Source: Dehalococcoides sp. JdFR-54
GTDB taxonomy: Bacteria; Chloroflexota; Dehalococcoidia; JdFR-54
Length of the DNA stretch: 64,000 bases
Reading direction: 5' to 3'
Assembly (NCBI GenBank): GCA_002011475.1
Contig: MTNP01000005.1
Span: forward strand, 15,336-79,335
The translations under genes were made by a program, and so were the position numbers. The notes beneath the pieces are model-generated. The model did no database searches, had not been told where the DNA came from, and worked only from the letters and a program-made list of their open reading frames with translations. Below, piece after piece: positions 11,195 through 21,240 of this stretch (the stretch's first letter is position 1; each line of letters starts with the position of its first letter).

Positions 11195-13417
11195 ATGTCC
11201 AGATATATAGCGACTTCGGCCATCAGGGGCGCCCGAGATATCGTGGCCGAGGCCGAAAGGCTACTCAAGGAGTCCCTGGAGACCATGGGGCCCGATACCC
11301 CGGTGGCCTTCCCCAATACCGCCTACTATCTGCCCGTTATTTACGGCATCACCGGCCATAAGGTGGAGAGGCTGGCCGACCTCCAGTGGCCCCTGGACCA
11401 CGCCAAGTCCCTGCTGCCCCCGGTGCCCCGACAGAGCCTATGGCTTCCCTATCTGGGGGAGACCCTGGATGCCGGCATGGCTACCCTGTTCGCCGAGGAG
11501 ATCATCGAGGGCATCCGCTTCGCCAAGGGCGAGCAGCCCGAGGTGCGCAACGGCTATACCTTCAACGGCCCCATCGACGATGTCCAGATGCGCGCCTGGG
11601 GTATCCAGATGGTGGACGGGCGTATGCCCGGATTTGCCGCCATCATCGGGGCGGCCAAGAGCAATGAGGTGGCGGTGAAGATCGTGCGCGAGCTCCAGTC
11701 CAAGGGACAGCTCGTCTTCCTCTCCGGCAATGTCAATGGCCGCTCCATTGTGGACCAGCTCCTGGAGGAGGGGGTGGAGCTGGGCTATGACACCTTTACC
11801 GTGCCCTTCGGCTCCGATACCATCTCGGCCATTTACGCCCTGGGCTACGCCACCCGCGCCGGCATCAGCTTCGGCGGCTTCAAGCCGGGCGATGCCCGGG
11901 CCAATCTCCTATATAACAAGTTCCGCTGCTTTGCCTTCGCCCTGGCCCTGGGGCAGGTGGATGACCTCAAATATGCCACCGCGGCTGGGGCTATTAACTA
12001 TGGCTTCCCGGTGGTGGCCGATACGGTCATCCCCAACATCCTGCCCGTGGGCATCACCCAGTATGAGCACGTGGTGAGCATGCCCTTCGACGACATACCG
12101 GGCAGGGACGACCTGGAGCGGGCAGAGAGGCTGGTGCAGCGCTGCATCGAGATCCGGGGCATCAAGGTCAAGATCGCCAAGGTTCCCATCCCCGTGGCCT
12201 ATGGCCCGGCCTTCGAGGGCGAGGTGGTGCGCCGCGAGAACCTGCGCCTCGAGTTCGGCGGCAAGGGCGGGCTGTGCTTCGAGTGGCTGACCATGCGGGA
12301 TATGGACGAGGTGGAAGACGGCAAGATCACGGTGGTCGGCCCCGAGCTGGATGCCTTCGAGGTGGGGGCAAAGGTGCCCCTGGGCATCATGGTGGATGTG
12401 GCCGGCCGCAAGATGCAAAAGGACTTCGAGCCGGTGCTGGAGCGGCAGATCCACCACTTCGTCAACGGGGCTGAGGGGGTGCAGCATCAGGGTCAGCGGG
12501 ACATCACCTGGATCCGCATCAGCAAAGCGGCCGCCGATAAGGGGTTCAAGATAAAGCACCTGGGGGACATCCTCCATGCCAACTTCCACAACCTGTTCGG
12601 CGCCATCGTGGATAAGATCCAGATAACCCTTTATACCGAACAGGATAAGGTGGCCGAGCTCATGGAGCAGGCCCGAGAGGTCTACCGGGAACGCAATAAG
12701 CGCATCGCCGACCTCACCGATGAGTCGGTGGACACCTACTATAGCTGCACCCTGTGCCAGTCCTTCGCCCCCACCCATGTCTGCATCATCAACCCGGAGC
12801 GGGTGGGGCTATGCGGGGCCTATAACTGGCTGGACTGCCGGGCCGCCTTCGAGATCAACCCCACCGGCCCCAACCAGCCTGTGCCCAAGGGCGAGGTGCT
12901 CGACCCGGTGAAGGGCGAATGGGAGGGGGTCAACAAGTTCGTCTACGACCATTCCCAGATGAAGGTGAACCGGTTCACCGTTTACTCCATAATGGATGCC
13001 CCTATGACCACCTGCGGCTGCTGCGAGTGCGTTATGGTGCTCCTCCCCGAGGCCAATGGCTTCATGATCGTCTCCCGCGACGACTATGGCATGACCCCCT
13101 GCGGCATGACCTTCACCACCTTGATGAGCACCGTGGGCGGCGGCCAGCAAACCCCGGGGATGATGGGCCACGGCAAATACTACATCCTGAGCAAGAAGTT
13201 CATCCCCGTGGAGGGCGGCCTCAAGCGCGTAGTGTGGATGTCCAAGAACCTCAAGGAGGAGATGGCCGAGGAGCTCCAGGCGGCCTGCGAGCGGGAGGGC
13301 GTGCCCGACCTGATGGATAAGATAGCTGACGGCACCATTTGCACCGATATCGATGGCCTCCTCCCCTTCTTAGAGGAGAAGGGACATCCCGCCCTCACCA
13401 TGGAGTCGCTAATATAA
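11195..13417 (+). CDS. acsB: acetyl-CoA synthase catalytic subunit (A-cluster protein)
   Basis: 740 aa. [4Fe-4S] ligands are in CTLCQSFAPTHVCIINPERVGLCGAYNWLDC, and the Cys-Gly-Cys Ni-bridging motif is in TTCGCCEC. Confidence 0.9.
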   Translation: MSRYIATSAIRGARDIVAEAERLLKESLETMGPDTPVAFPNTAYYLPVIYGITGHKVERLADLQWPLDHAKSLLPPVPRQSLWLPYLGETLDAGMATLFAEEIIEGIRFAKGEQPEVRNGYTFNGPIDDVQMRAWGIQMVDGRMPGFAAIIGAAKSNEVAVKIVRELQSKGQLVFLSGNVNGRSIVDQLLEEGVELGYDTFTVPFGSDTISAIYALGYATRAGISFGGFKPGDARANLLYNKFRCFAFALALGQVDDLKYATAAGAINYGFPVVADTVIPNILPVGITQYEHVVSMPFDDIPGRDDLERAERLVQRCIEIRGIKVKIAKVPIPVAYGPAFEGEVVRRENLRLEFGGKGGLCFEWLTMRDMDEVEDGKITVVGPELDAFEVGAKVPLGIMVDVAGRKMQKDFEPVLERQIHHFVNGAEGVQHQGQRDITWIRISKAAADKGFKIKHLGDILHANFHNLFGAIVDKIQITLYTEQDKVAELMEQAREVYRERNKRIADLTDESVDTYYSCTLCQSFAPTHVCIINPERVGLCGAYNWLDCRAAFEINPTGPNQPVPKGEVLDPVKGEWEGVNKFVYDHSQMKVNRFTVYSIMDAPMTTCGCCECVMVLLPEANGFMIVSRDDYGMTPCGMTFTTLMSTVGGGQQTPGMMGHGKYYILSKKFIPVEGGLKRVVWMSKNLKEEMAEELQAACEREGVPDLMDKIADGTICTDIDGLLPFLEEKGHPALTMESLI

Positions 13418-13437
13418 GGACACGCCAAATTTAAAAA

Positions 13438-13467
13438 ACAGGGGTCGAAGGGCGACCCTTGTTTTTT
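13438..13467 (+). terminator. intrinsic terminator/attenuator hairpin between acsB and acsD
   Basis: AAAAAACAGGGGTCG-AAGGG-CGACCCTTGTTTTTTGG: a 10-bp stem (one G.U), 5-nt loop, and A-tract/T-tract flanks. It could work on either strand, since acsB is plus-strand and no convergent gene exists. Confidence 0.6.
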
Positions 13468-13506
13468 GGGTTGAAGGTCTTAGTTTTTCGGGAAAGGAGA
13501 CCAAGG

Positions 13507-14448
13507 ATGGCTGTGGAAGTGCCCCTGGAGAAGTGGACCGGCAAGATACGGGAGGTGGAGCTGGGGGGCAATGGCCGGAAGAGCCTGGTGGTTGGCGGCG
13601 CAGCCACCCTTCCCTTCCTCCATTTCGAGGCTGCCATCCCCCACCGGCCGGCAGTGGCCATGGAGGTCCAGGATATATACCCTGGGGGCTGGTCGGCCCA
13701 TCTGGAGGCGGCCTGGGGGGATGCCTTGAAGGACGCCGGGGCCTGGGCCAGAAAGGCGACTGAGTTCGGCGCCGACCTCATTTGCCTGCGCCTGGTCAGC
13801 GCCCACCCCGAGTCAGGCAATACCGGCGCCGCCCAGGCCAAGGCCACCGTGGACAAGGTCCTCTCCGCCACTGACCTGCCTCTGATCGTGCTCGGGCCGG
13901 AGGTGCCCGAGAAGGATAACGAGGTTTTGGTAGCCGCCTCGGAGGTGGCCAAAGGGCAAAGGGTGGCCCTGGGCCCCTGCCTGGAAAAGAACCACCGCAC
14001 CATCGCCGCCGCCTGCCTCGCCGATGGCCATGTGGCCATCGCCAAGACCCCCATCGAGATCAACCTGGCCAAACAGCTCAACATCCTCCTCTGCGATGTG
14101 GGCATGCCCGCCAACTCCATCCTCATGGACCCCACCACCGGTGCCCTGGGCTACGGCCTGGAGTATACCTACTCGGTGATGGAGAGGCTTCGCCTGGCTG
14201 CCCTCATGGGCGACGGCATGACGGCCATGCCCATGATCTGCACCGTGGGCGAGGAATCGTGGCGGCAGAAGGAGTCCAGGGCAGCCCAGGGCGTGCCCGC
14301 CAGCTGGGGCGATATCGAAAGGCGCTCCCTGGTCTGGGAGGAGCTCACCGCCCTGAGCCTGCTGCACTCCGGCGCCGATATCGTGGTGCTGAGGCACCCT
14401 GGGGTGGTGGAGAGGGTCAAGGCCGCCATAGACCAGCTCATGGCATAG
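13507..14448 (+). CDS. acsD: corrinoid iron-sulfur protein small subunit
   Basis: Start MAVEVPLEKWTGKIREVELGG with RBS GGAAAGGAG. It has the TIM-barrel CFeSP delta family features. Confidence 0.85.
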   Translation: MAVEVPLEKWTGKIREVELGGNGRKSLVVGGAATLPFLHFEAAIPHRPAVAMEVQDIYPGGWSAHLEAAWGDALKDAGAWARKATEFGADLICLRLVSAHPESGNTGAAQAKATVDKVLSATDLPLIVLGPEVPEKDNEVLVAASEVAKGQRVALGPCLEKNHRTIAAACLADGHVAIAKTPIEINLAKQLNILLCDVGMPANSILMDPTTGALGYGLEYTYSVMERLRLAALMGDGMTAMPMICTVGEESWRQKESRAAQGVPASWGDIERRSLVWEELTALSLLHSGADIVVLRHPGVVERVKAAIDQLMA

Positions 14449-14463
14449 CGAGAGGAGGCAACC

Positions 14464-15816
14464 ATGGCATTAACCGGGATCGAAATCTATAAGCTCCTGC
14501 CCAAGACCAACTGCAAGAAGTGCGGATTCCCTACCTGCCTCGCCTTCGCCATGAAGGTGGCCCAGAAAGGGATAGAGATCACCGCCTGCCCCGACCTCAC
14601 CGAGGAGGCCAGGGGCGCCCTGGAGGCAGCGGCCCGGCCCCCCATCCGCCTGGTCACCGTGGGCAGCGATGAGCACAAGTTCGAGGTGGGCAACGAGGTA
14701 GTATTGTTCCGCCACGAGAAGACCTTCTACCATCCCCCGGCCCTTATGGTGAGGGTAAAAGACAACCTGGCCGCTGAGGAGCGGGATAAGCTGGTGAGTG
14801 AGGTGTCCCGCTACAGTGTGGAGAGGGTGGGCATAGTGATGAGCGCCGATGGCTTCGCCATCGACAACGACTCCCGGGATGCGGGCAAGTTTGCCGCCTG
14901 CGTAGAATCGGTCACCTCCCAGGTGAAGTCGCCCTTGGTGCTCATGGCCACCGACCCGGCGGCTATGGAGGCGGCCCTGGCCAAGGCGGCCGGGCGCAGG
15001 CCCCTTATCTATGCCGCCACCAGGGACAACCTGGATAGGATGGTGGAGCTGGCCAAGACATATAATTGCCCCCTGGCGGTGTCGGAGCCGGCAGGCCTGA
15101 GCGAGCTGGCCGAACTCACCGAGAGGGCAGCCCAGGCAGGCGTAGAGGATCTGGTCATCGACCCCGGGGCCACTGGCTTCAGCGCCTCGTTGCAGGTGCT
15201 GACCCAGCTCCGTCGCCTGGCCATAAAGAAGATGTTCCAGCCCCTGGGCTATCCCATAATCACCTTCCCCGGTGACGGGGCCACATCGGTGGAGGAGGAG
15301 GCCATGCTGGCTGGCCAGCATATCGCCAAATATGCCGGGATCATCGTGCTCAACCACTTTTCCCCGGCCACCCTGTACCCTTTGCTCACCCTGCGCCTCA
15401 ACATCTACACCGACCCCCAGAAGCCCATTCGAGTGCAGCCGGGCATCTATCAGATCGGCGAGCCCAAGGACTCCAGCCCCCTGTGCGTCACCACCAATTT
15501 CTCCCTGACCTACTTCTCCATTGCCGGCGAGCTGGAGTCCAGCGGTTTCCCCTCCTGGCTCTTGGTCTGCGATACCGAGGGCCTTTCCGTGCTCACCGCC
15601 TGGGCCGCTGGCAAGTTCGATGCTGACAGGATCGCCAAGTCGGTGAAGGAATACAAGGCCAACGAGAAGATCAACCATAATAGCCTCATCCTCCCCGGCA
15701 AGGTGGCGGTGCTCAGGGGCGAGCTGGAGGAGGAGCTGCCCGACTGGAAGATCAGGGTGGGGCCATTGGAGGCCATGGATGTGGGCAGCTATCTGAAGAC
15801 TCAGTGGAAGCCCTGA
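14464..15816 (+). CDS. acsC: corrinoid iron-sulfur protein large subunit
   Basis: N-terminal [4Fe-4S] motif CKKCGFPTCLAFA, and 450 aa as in Moorella AcsC. Confidence 0.9.
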   Translation: MALTGIEIYKLLPKTNCKKCGFPTCLAFAMKVAQKGIEITACPDLTEEARGALEAAARPPIRLVTVGSDEHKFEVGNEVVLFRHEKTFYHPPALMVRVKDNLAAEERDKLVSEVSRYSVERVGIVMSADGFAIDNDSRDAGKFAACVESVTSQVKSPLVLMATDPAAMEAALAKAAGRRPLIYAATRDNLDRMVELAKTYNCPLAVSEPAGLSELAELTERAAQAGVEDLVIDPGATGFSASLQVLTQLRRLAIKKMFQPLGYPIITFPGDGATSVEEEAMLAGQHIAKYAGIIVLNHFSPATLYPLLTLRLNIYTDPQKPIRVQPGIYQIGEPKDSSPLCVTTNFSLTYFSIAGELESSGFPSWLLVCDTEGLSVLTAWAAGKFDADRIAKSVKEYKANEKINHNSLILPGKVAVLRGELEEELPDWKIRVGPLEAMDVGSYLKTQWKP

Positions 15817-15817
15817 T

Positions 15818-16606
15818 TTGAGCCCGAAGACGGTTACCATAGCCATCGCTGGCAAGGGGGGCACGGGCAAGACCACCATCGCCGCCCTGCTGGCCAGCAT
15901 ATTTTCCCAGAAAGGGGTGGTGCTGGCCATCGACGGCGACCCCAGCACCAATCTGCACCTGTCCCTGGGCCTGTCCCTAGAGAATACGGTGGGGGCGGTG
16001 CGAGAGGACATGCTCCGACAGGCGAGGGGGGGAGGCCCCAGCCTGGGCATGGCCAAGCTGGACTATCTGGACCTGAAGATCCACGAGTGCCTAGTGGAAT
16101 CCACGGGCATCGATCTTCTGGCCATGGGCAGGCCGGAGGGGCCGGGGTGTTATTGCGCCGCCAACAATATGCTGCGCACCTGTATCGACCGCTTGGCCAG
16201 TAACTACGATTATGTGGTCATCGACACCGAGGCGGGTATGGAGCACATCAGCCGCCAGACCACCCGGGATGTGGACATCCTGCTCCTCATCTCCGACCCC
16301 ACCCTGAGGGGCGTCATCAGCGCCGTCCGGATGAAGGAGCTCATCGGGGAGCTCCGCACCCGGGTGGGTCGGATCGCCTTGGTGATAAACCGCCAGGATG
16401 GCGAGCTGTCGCCGGAGGTCCTGGGGGTGATCCGGGACCGGGGCCTGGAGCTGGTGGGCTCCCTTCCCAACGACCCCCACATGGCCGGGCTGGAAGCCCG
16501 GGGGAGACCCCTGACCGAGCTACCCCAGGATTCGCCCCTGCGGGTGGGCGTGCTCGCCATAGCCCGCCGGCTGGGCCTGGTCGAGGCCGAAAGCAAAGTC
16601 AGCTAG
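15818..16606 (+). CDS. cooC: CooC/AcsF-type Ni-insertion ATPase
   Basis: Deviant Walker A IAIAGKGGTGKTT plus a CxC region. The TTG start lies 1 nt after the acsC stop. Confidence 0.85.
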   Translation: MSPKTVTIAIAGKGGTGKTTIAALLASIFSQKGVVLAIDGDPSTNLHLSLGLSLENTVGAVREDMLRQARGGGPSLGMAKLDYLDLKIHECLVESTGIDLLAMGRPEGPGCYCAANNMLRTCIDRLASNYDYVVIDTEAGMEHISRQTTRDVDILLLISDPTLRGVISAVRMKELIGELRTRVGRIALVINRQDGELSPEVLGVIRDRGLELVGSLPNDPHMAGLEARGRPLTELPQDSPLRVGVLAIARRLGLVEAESKVS

Positions 16607-16618
16607 AGGAGAAAGGCT

Positions 16619-17539
16619 ATGTTCCTTATTGGAGAGTCCATCCATGTCATCTCGCCCAAGGTCAGGGCAGCCATCGAGAGCCGGGACAAGGCCCTTATCC
16701 AGGAACTGGCCCAGCGCCAAGTGGAGAAAGGAGCCCATTGCCTGGACCTGAACATCGGCCCCCAGAAGAAGGCCGGCACCGAGGTCATGCCCTGGATGGT
16801 TGAGACCGTCCAGGAGGTGGTCGATGTCCCCCTCTCCCTGGATACCACCAATGTCGCCGCCATGGAGGCTGGCCTTCAGGTGTGCAAGAAACAGGCCATC
16901 ATCAATAGCACCGATGCCACCCCGGAGCGCCTCCACGCCCTGATGCCCCTGGCCGCCAAGTACAATGCCCGGATCATCGCCCTGTCCTTGGCAGCCACCG
17001 GCCTGCCCACTAGCGCCGATGCCCGCATCACGCTGGCCTCAGAGAACCTGCTGCCGGCAGCTATGGAATACGGGGTGCCCTATGAGAATATTTACCTCGA
17101 CCCCCTGGTGCTCACCGTCAACGGCAACCAGGACCAGGCCCTGGCCACGGTGGAGGCGGTGCGCCTCTTCAAGCAGATGACCGACCCCCCCTGCCTCACC
17201 ACCTGCGGCCTGTCCAACGTCTCCAATAGCTGTCCCAATGAACTGCGCTCCCTGCTCAACCGGGTGTTCCTGGTGATGCTCATGGGCGCCGGCCTGGACT
17301 CGGCCATCGCCGATGCCCTGGATGACGAGCTTCTGGAAACCATCCGCATTGTGGAGAGCCGAGATACCTCCACCCCCAAGGGCCAGCTCTATATAGACCT
17401 CTTCGATACCTACCAAGCGGGCGGGGAGTTCGACCCCAGCGGCGTAGATATGAGCAACCCCGAGCTCAGCGACATCGTCAAGACCATAAAGGTCTTCGAG
17501 AACAAAACCCTGTACGCCCACGGCTACCTGAGGCTATAG
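16619..17539 (+). CDS. acsE: methyltetrahydrofolate:corrinoid/iron-sulfur protein methyltransferase
   Basis: MFLIGESIHV...GAHCLDLNIGP follows the Moorella MeTr pattern MLIIGERIN...GARALDLNVGP. Confidence 0.85.
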   Translation: MFLIGESIHVISPKVRAAIESRDKALIQELAQRQVEKGAHCLDLNIGPQKKAGTEVMPWMVETVQEVVDVPLSLDTTNVAAMEAGLQVCKKQAIINSTDATPERLHALMPLAAKYNARIIALSLAATGLPTSADARITLASENLLPAAMEYGVPYENIYLDPLVLTVNGNQDQALATVEAVRLFKQMTDPPCLTTCGLSNVSNSCPNELRSLLNRVFLVMLMGAGLDSAIADALDDELLETIRIVESRDTSTPKGQLYIDLFDTYQAGGEFDPSGVDMSNPELSDIVKTIKVFENKTLYAHGYLRL

Positions 17540-17541
17540 GT

Positions 17542-19215
17542 CTACCTCCGCCCGAACTCCTTAGCCAATTGGCCGGAGCTGAGGTGGATCAGGGTGGGGC
17601 GGCCATGGGGGCAGGTGTGGGGCTGGGCGGTCTTCTCCAGCTGGCGCACCAGCCCCTCCATCTCCTCGGCCTTCAGCACCTGGCCGGCCTTAACCGCCCC
17701 GTGGCAGGCCAGGGCTACCACCAGCCTCTCCTCCCAGGAGGCAGGAGATTCCTGGGCCAGGCCATCCAGGAGCTCCTGGATGGCCTGGCCCAGATTCTCT
17801 CTGGGCAATACCGCGGGCACTGCCCGCACCAAGTAGGTCTTGGGCCCGAAGGCCTCAATATCGAAGCCGTATCTGCGAAGGGTAGCCCCCTGCCCCCTCA
17901 GAATGGCCTCCTGCTGGGGACTCACCTCCAGCGTCACCGGCTCCAAGAGCCCCTGCACCTCGGCACCCCGTTGCTCTAGCTGCCCCTTCAGCCTCTCGAA
18001 GAGCACCCGCTCATGGGCAGCGTGCTGGTCGATGAGGTACAGCCCCTCCGGCCCCTCGGCAATGATATAGCTCTGGGAGAGCTGCCCCAAGACGCGCAGC
18101 AGGGGCAGGGGTTTGGCTGAGGCCTTCCTTTCCACCTGGGCCTCCGCCCACAAAGGAGGGCTTTCCACCGAGGCTGTAGCCACAGGCGTTGGCGCAGCTC
18201 GCTGGATTTGGGGCACCGGCGTGTGCTCCAGAAGGGTTTGCTGCACTGCCTGGTAAACAGCCCTGAATACCTTCCCCTCTTCGTGGAAGCGCACCTGGCT
18301 CTTGGTGGGGTGGACATTGACATCCACCTGGGCGGGGGGCAGGCTCAGGTTGATTATGGCGATGGGGTGTTTCTCGGGAGATATCATCCCCCGGTAGGCA
18401 TCCTCCACCGCCCGGGCCAGCATGGGGCTGCTTATCCAGCGCCGGTTGACGAAGAGGCGCAGGGAGCTTCGACTGGACCGGCTCAGCCAGGGGGGCCCCA
18501 CCAGCCCGGAGACGACGGGCGGCCCGACCTCCCCAGTGGGGGGCTGGGGTATCTCCAGCAGGGCCTGGGCCGTCTCCAGGCCGAACACAGCCAGGCAGAC
18601 ATCTCGGAGGGAGCCTGTCCCCGGCGAGGTCAGGCTGGCCCGGCCCTCCAGCATCAGGTCGAAGGCCACCTCAGGGAAGGCCAGGGCGTAGTCGGCCACC
18701 AGGGTGGCGATATGGCTGTTCTCGGTGGCGGTGGACTTGAGGAACTTGAGACGGGCGGGGAGGTGGCGGAAAAGATGGCGCACCGTCACCGTAGTCCCCA
18801 CCGCCCGCGCCTGGCTCCTGCGGGTTATGACCCCTTCCCGCAGGCTGAGCCTGGCAGCCACCGGATTGTCAGCGGTGCGGGTGACCATGTCGACCTCGGC
18901 CACGGCGGCGATACTGGGCAGGGCCTCACCGCGGAAGCCCAGGCTGGAGATGGCCCCCAGATCGGCGAGGTCGCTGATCTTGCTGGTGGCATGGCGCTGG
19001 AAGGCAAGCTCCACCTCCTCAGGGGATATGCCCGAGCCATTGTCGCTCACCCGGATGAGGCTCACCCCTCCGCCCCAGGCCTCCACCGTTATCCGAGTGG
19101 CTCCAGCATCCAGGGCGTTCTCCACCAGCTCCTTGACCACCGAGGCAGGGCGCTCCACCACCTCCCCAGCGGCGATTTTGGCCACCAGCTCTGGCCCAAG
19201 GACGTGAATAGGCAT
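17542..19215 (-). CDS. mutL: DNA mismatch repair protein MutL
   Basis: GHKL ATPase N-terminus: IAAGEVVERPASVVKELVENALDAG, ITVEAWGGG, SDNGSGI. Confidence 0.9.
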   Translation of the reverse strand: MPIHVLGPELVAKIAAGEVVERPASVVKELVENALDAGATRITVEAWGGGVSLIRVSDNGSGISPEEVELAFQRHATSKISDLADLGAISSLGFRGEALPSIAAVAEVDMVTRTADNPVAARLSLREGVITRRSQARAVGTTVTVRHLFRHLPARLKFLKSTATENSHIATLVADYALAFPEVAFDLMLEGRASLTSPGTGSLRDVCLAVFGLETAQALLEIPQPPTGEVGPPVVSGLVGPPWLSRSSRSSLRLFVNRRWISSPMLARAVEDAYRGMISPEKHPIAIINLSLPPAQVDVNVHPTKSQVRFHEEGKVFRAVYQAVQQTLLEHTPVPQIQRAAPTPVATASVESPPLWAEAQVERKASAKPLPLLRVLGQLSQSYIIAEGPEGLYLIDQHAAHERVLFERLKGQLEQRGAEVQGLLEPVTLEVSPQQEAILRGQGATLRRYGFDIEAFGPKTYLVRAVPAVLPRENLGQAIQELLDGLAQESPASWEERLVVALACHGAVKAGQVLKAEEMEGLVRQLEKTAQPHTCPHGRPTLIHLSSGQLAKEFGRR

Positions 19216-19361
19216 CGTCTTGACCTGGGGCTATTCTAACAGAGGCCAGCCCCCCTGGGAAGTCAGACAGAGGTAGGGGAATATCGAATCAGGAGAGGCC
19301 CGCCCTCAACTTGAAGGATGATAGCTCGGGTGTTACACTTAGTTAACCCGAGGCCACGGCA

Positions 19362-21212
19362 TTGAAAGGGCTGGTAATCGCTATCGTGATTTTGTCCATC
19401 CTATTGGTCAGCACAGGGCCGGCCTATTCGGCTTTGGCCGGCCCCCCCGCCCCATCCCAGCCCCCAGGCCACCACGACTTTGTGCCCGGAGAGCTCATCA
19501 TCAAGCTCAAACCTCAGGGGTTGGGCACCTGTCAGGAATCAGACCTTTCTTCACTGGCCGCCCTCAATAAGAAGTATGCCGTCACCGCCATGGAAAGGGT
19601 CTTCCGCAGGCCACCCCCAACCGAAGCCCGGAGCGCCTCGGCGTCGGCTGAGGCCACCCCCGACCTGTCCCGCATCTACAGGCTGCACCTGCCCCAGGAT
19701 GCCGACGTGCTGGCCATCGCCCAGGAATACCAGGCCAGCCCCGATGTGGAGTACGCCGAGCCCAACTACATTGTGCACACCGCCCTCGCTCCCGACGACC
19801 CCTACTATTGGTCCCAGGGGAGCTGGGGGCAGTCCTACCAGGATATGTGGGGCCTTCATAAGATTGAGGCTGGGGCCGCCTGGGACATCACTACGGGGAG
19901 CAGCGAGGTCGTGATAGCGGTGGTGGATACGGGGGTCGACTATAACCATGAGGATCTGGCAGCCAATATGTGGGTGAATATCGCAGAGCGCGATGGCATT
20001 GCGGGTGAGGATGACGATGACAATGGCTATATTGACGACATCTATGGCTGGGACTTCTTCAATGGCGATGATGTTATTATCGCCCACGACAACGACCCCG
20101 CCGACGACCACGGCCACGGCACCCACGTCGCCGGCATCATCGCCGCCGTGGGCAACAATGGCACCGGCATAGTGGGTGTCTCCTGGAATAGCCGGATTAT
20201 GGCGGTGAAGTTTTTGGGGGTTGATGGTCAAGGCACCTGTGAGGACGGGGCTGAGGCAATGGTCTATGCCGCCGACAACGGCGCCAAGATCATCAACCTG
20301 AGCTGGGGCGGGGAGGGTCCCTCGCAAATCCTGGGGGACGCCCTCGACTATGCCAGGAGCCGAGGCTGTCTCATCATCGCCGCTGCCGGCAACGATGACC
20401 ATGAGCTGGGAACCTATAAATTCTTCCCGGCAGAGGATCCCGATGTAGCAGCAGTGGCCGCAACCGACTGGGACGACGAGAAGGCTAGTTTCTCAAACTA
20501 TGAGCACATCGCTGTCTGTGCCCCCGGGGTGGACATCCTGTCGCTCAGGGCGGCGAACACCGATATGTATGGAAACGGCACGCATATTATAGATGAGCAC
20601 TACTATCGGGCCAGCGGCACCTCCATGGCAGCCCCCTTCGTCTCCGGGCTGGCCGCCCTTGTCTGGCAGCAGTATCCGGACTGGGATGCCCAAAGGGTGT
20701 TGTCGTGTATTAAGGCCAGCGCTGAGGATATCGATGAGGTCAATCCAGACTATGCCGGGCAACTGGGCAGCGGCCGCATCAATGCCCATCGAGCCCTGTC
20801 CCTGAGCCTCCTTCAGGGCCGGGTCCAGCTCCAGGGCCGCGATGATCACAGCGGGGTCATTGTCTCCGCCGCTGAGTATAGCACGGTCACCGATGACCAG
20901 GGCCACTTCTCCCTGTGGCTGCCCCCAGGGAGCTATGAGGTCACGGCCTCGCATCCCGGATACTTGAAGGCCTCGAAGCTGGACTTCCCTATAGGGGCGG
21001 CACCCACCGCCGATGCCGGCCTGGCGGTTCTCCTGGGGGGCGATGTGGCTGAAGACTATGGCGTCATCGACCTCCGGGACCTGGCCCACCTGGCAGCCCG
21101 CTTCAATACCGCCCAGGGCGACCCCGATATAAATGGAGATGGGGTGGTGGACATTTATGACCTGGTGATGGTGGGCTTAAACTATGGCAAGACGAAGAGC
21201 CCCTGGCCCTGA
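19362..21212 (+). CDS. secreted subtilisin-like serine protease (S8) with I9 propeptide, CarboxypepD_reg-like domain and C-terminal dockerin-like module
   Basis: TTG start, then signal peptide MKGLVIAIVILSILLVSTGPAYSA. Catalytic triad motifs are VVDTGVD, HGHGTHVAG and GTSMAAPFVSG. The C-terminal part has LRDLAHLAARF...DPDINGDGVVDIYDL, two dockerin-like Ca-binding segments. Confidence 0.85.
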   Translation: MKGLVIAIVILSILLVSTGPAYSALAGPPAPSQPPGHHDFVPGELIIKLKPQGLGTCQESDLSSLAALNKKYAVTAMERVFRRPPPTEARSASASAEATPDLSRIYRLHLPQDADVLAIAQEYQASPDVEYAEPNYIVHTALAPDDPYYWSQGSWGQSYQDMWGLHKIEAGAAWDITTGSSEVVIAVVDTGVDYNHEDLAANMWVNIAERDGIAGEDDDDNGYIDDIYGWDFFNGDDVIIAHDNDPADDHGHGTHVAGIIAAVGNNGTGIVGVSWNSRIMAVKFLGVDGQGTCEDGAEAMVYAADNGAKIINLSWGGEGPSQILGDALDYARSRGCLIIAAAGNDDHELGTYKFFPAEDPDVAAVAATDWDDEKASFSNYEHIAVCAPGVDILSLRAANTDMYGNGTHIIDEHYYRASGTSMAAPFVSGLAALVWQQYPDWDAQRVLSCIKASAEDIDEVNPDYAGQLGSGRINAHRALSLSLLQGRVQLQGRDDHSGVIVSAAEYSTVTDDQGHFSLWLPPGSYEVTASHPGYLKASKLDFPIGAAPTADAGLAVLLGGDVAEDYGVIDLRDLAHLAARFNTAQGDPDINGDGVVDIYDLVMVGLNYGKTKSPWP

Positions 21213-21240
21213 ACAGCCAGCGATGTAAGGTGGACCGGCC

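Noticed and set aside
14470-16056. 528-aa minus-strand ORF antisense to acsC/cooC, and similar long antisense ORFs (5000..6058 +, 7113..8342 +, 11909..12778 -, 18208..19239 +, 53170..54369 +)
   Set aside because: All overlap well-supported genes on the opposite strand. Their translations are low-complexity G/A/P/R/H-rich strings, typical of open antisense frames in high-GC DNA.
19480-19914. Alternative-frame ORFs inside the S8 protease gene (for example 19480..19914 +)
   Set aside because: They are Pro/Arg-rich off-frame translations of a gene whose main frame has a complete subtilase catalytic triad.
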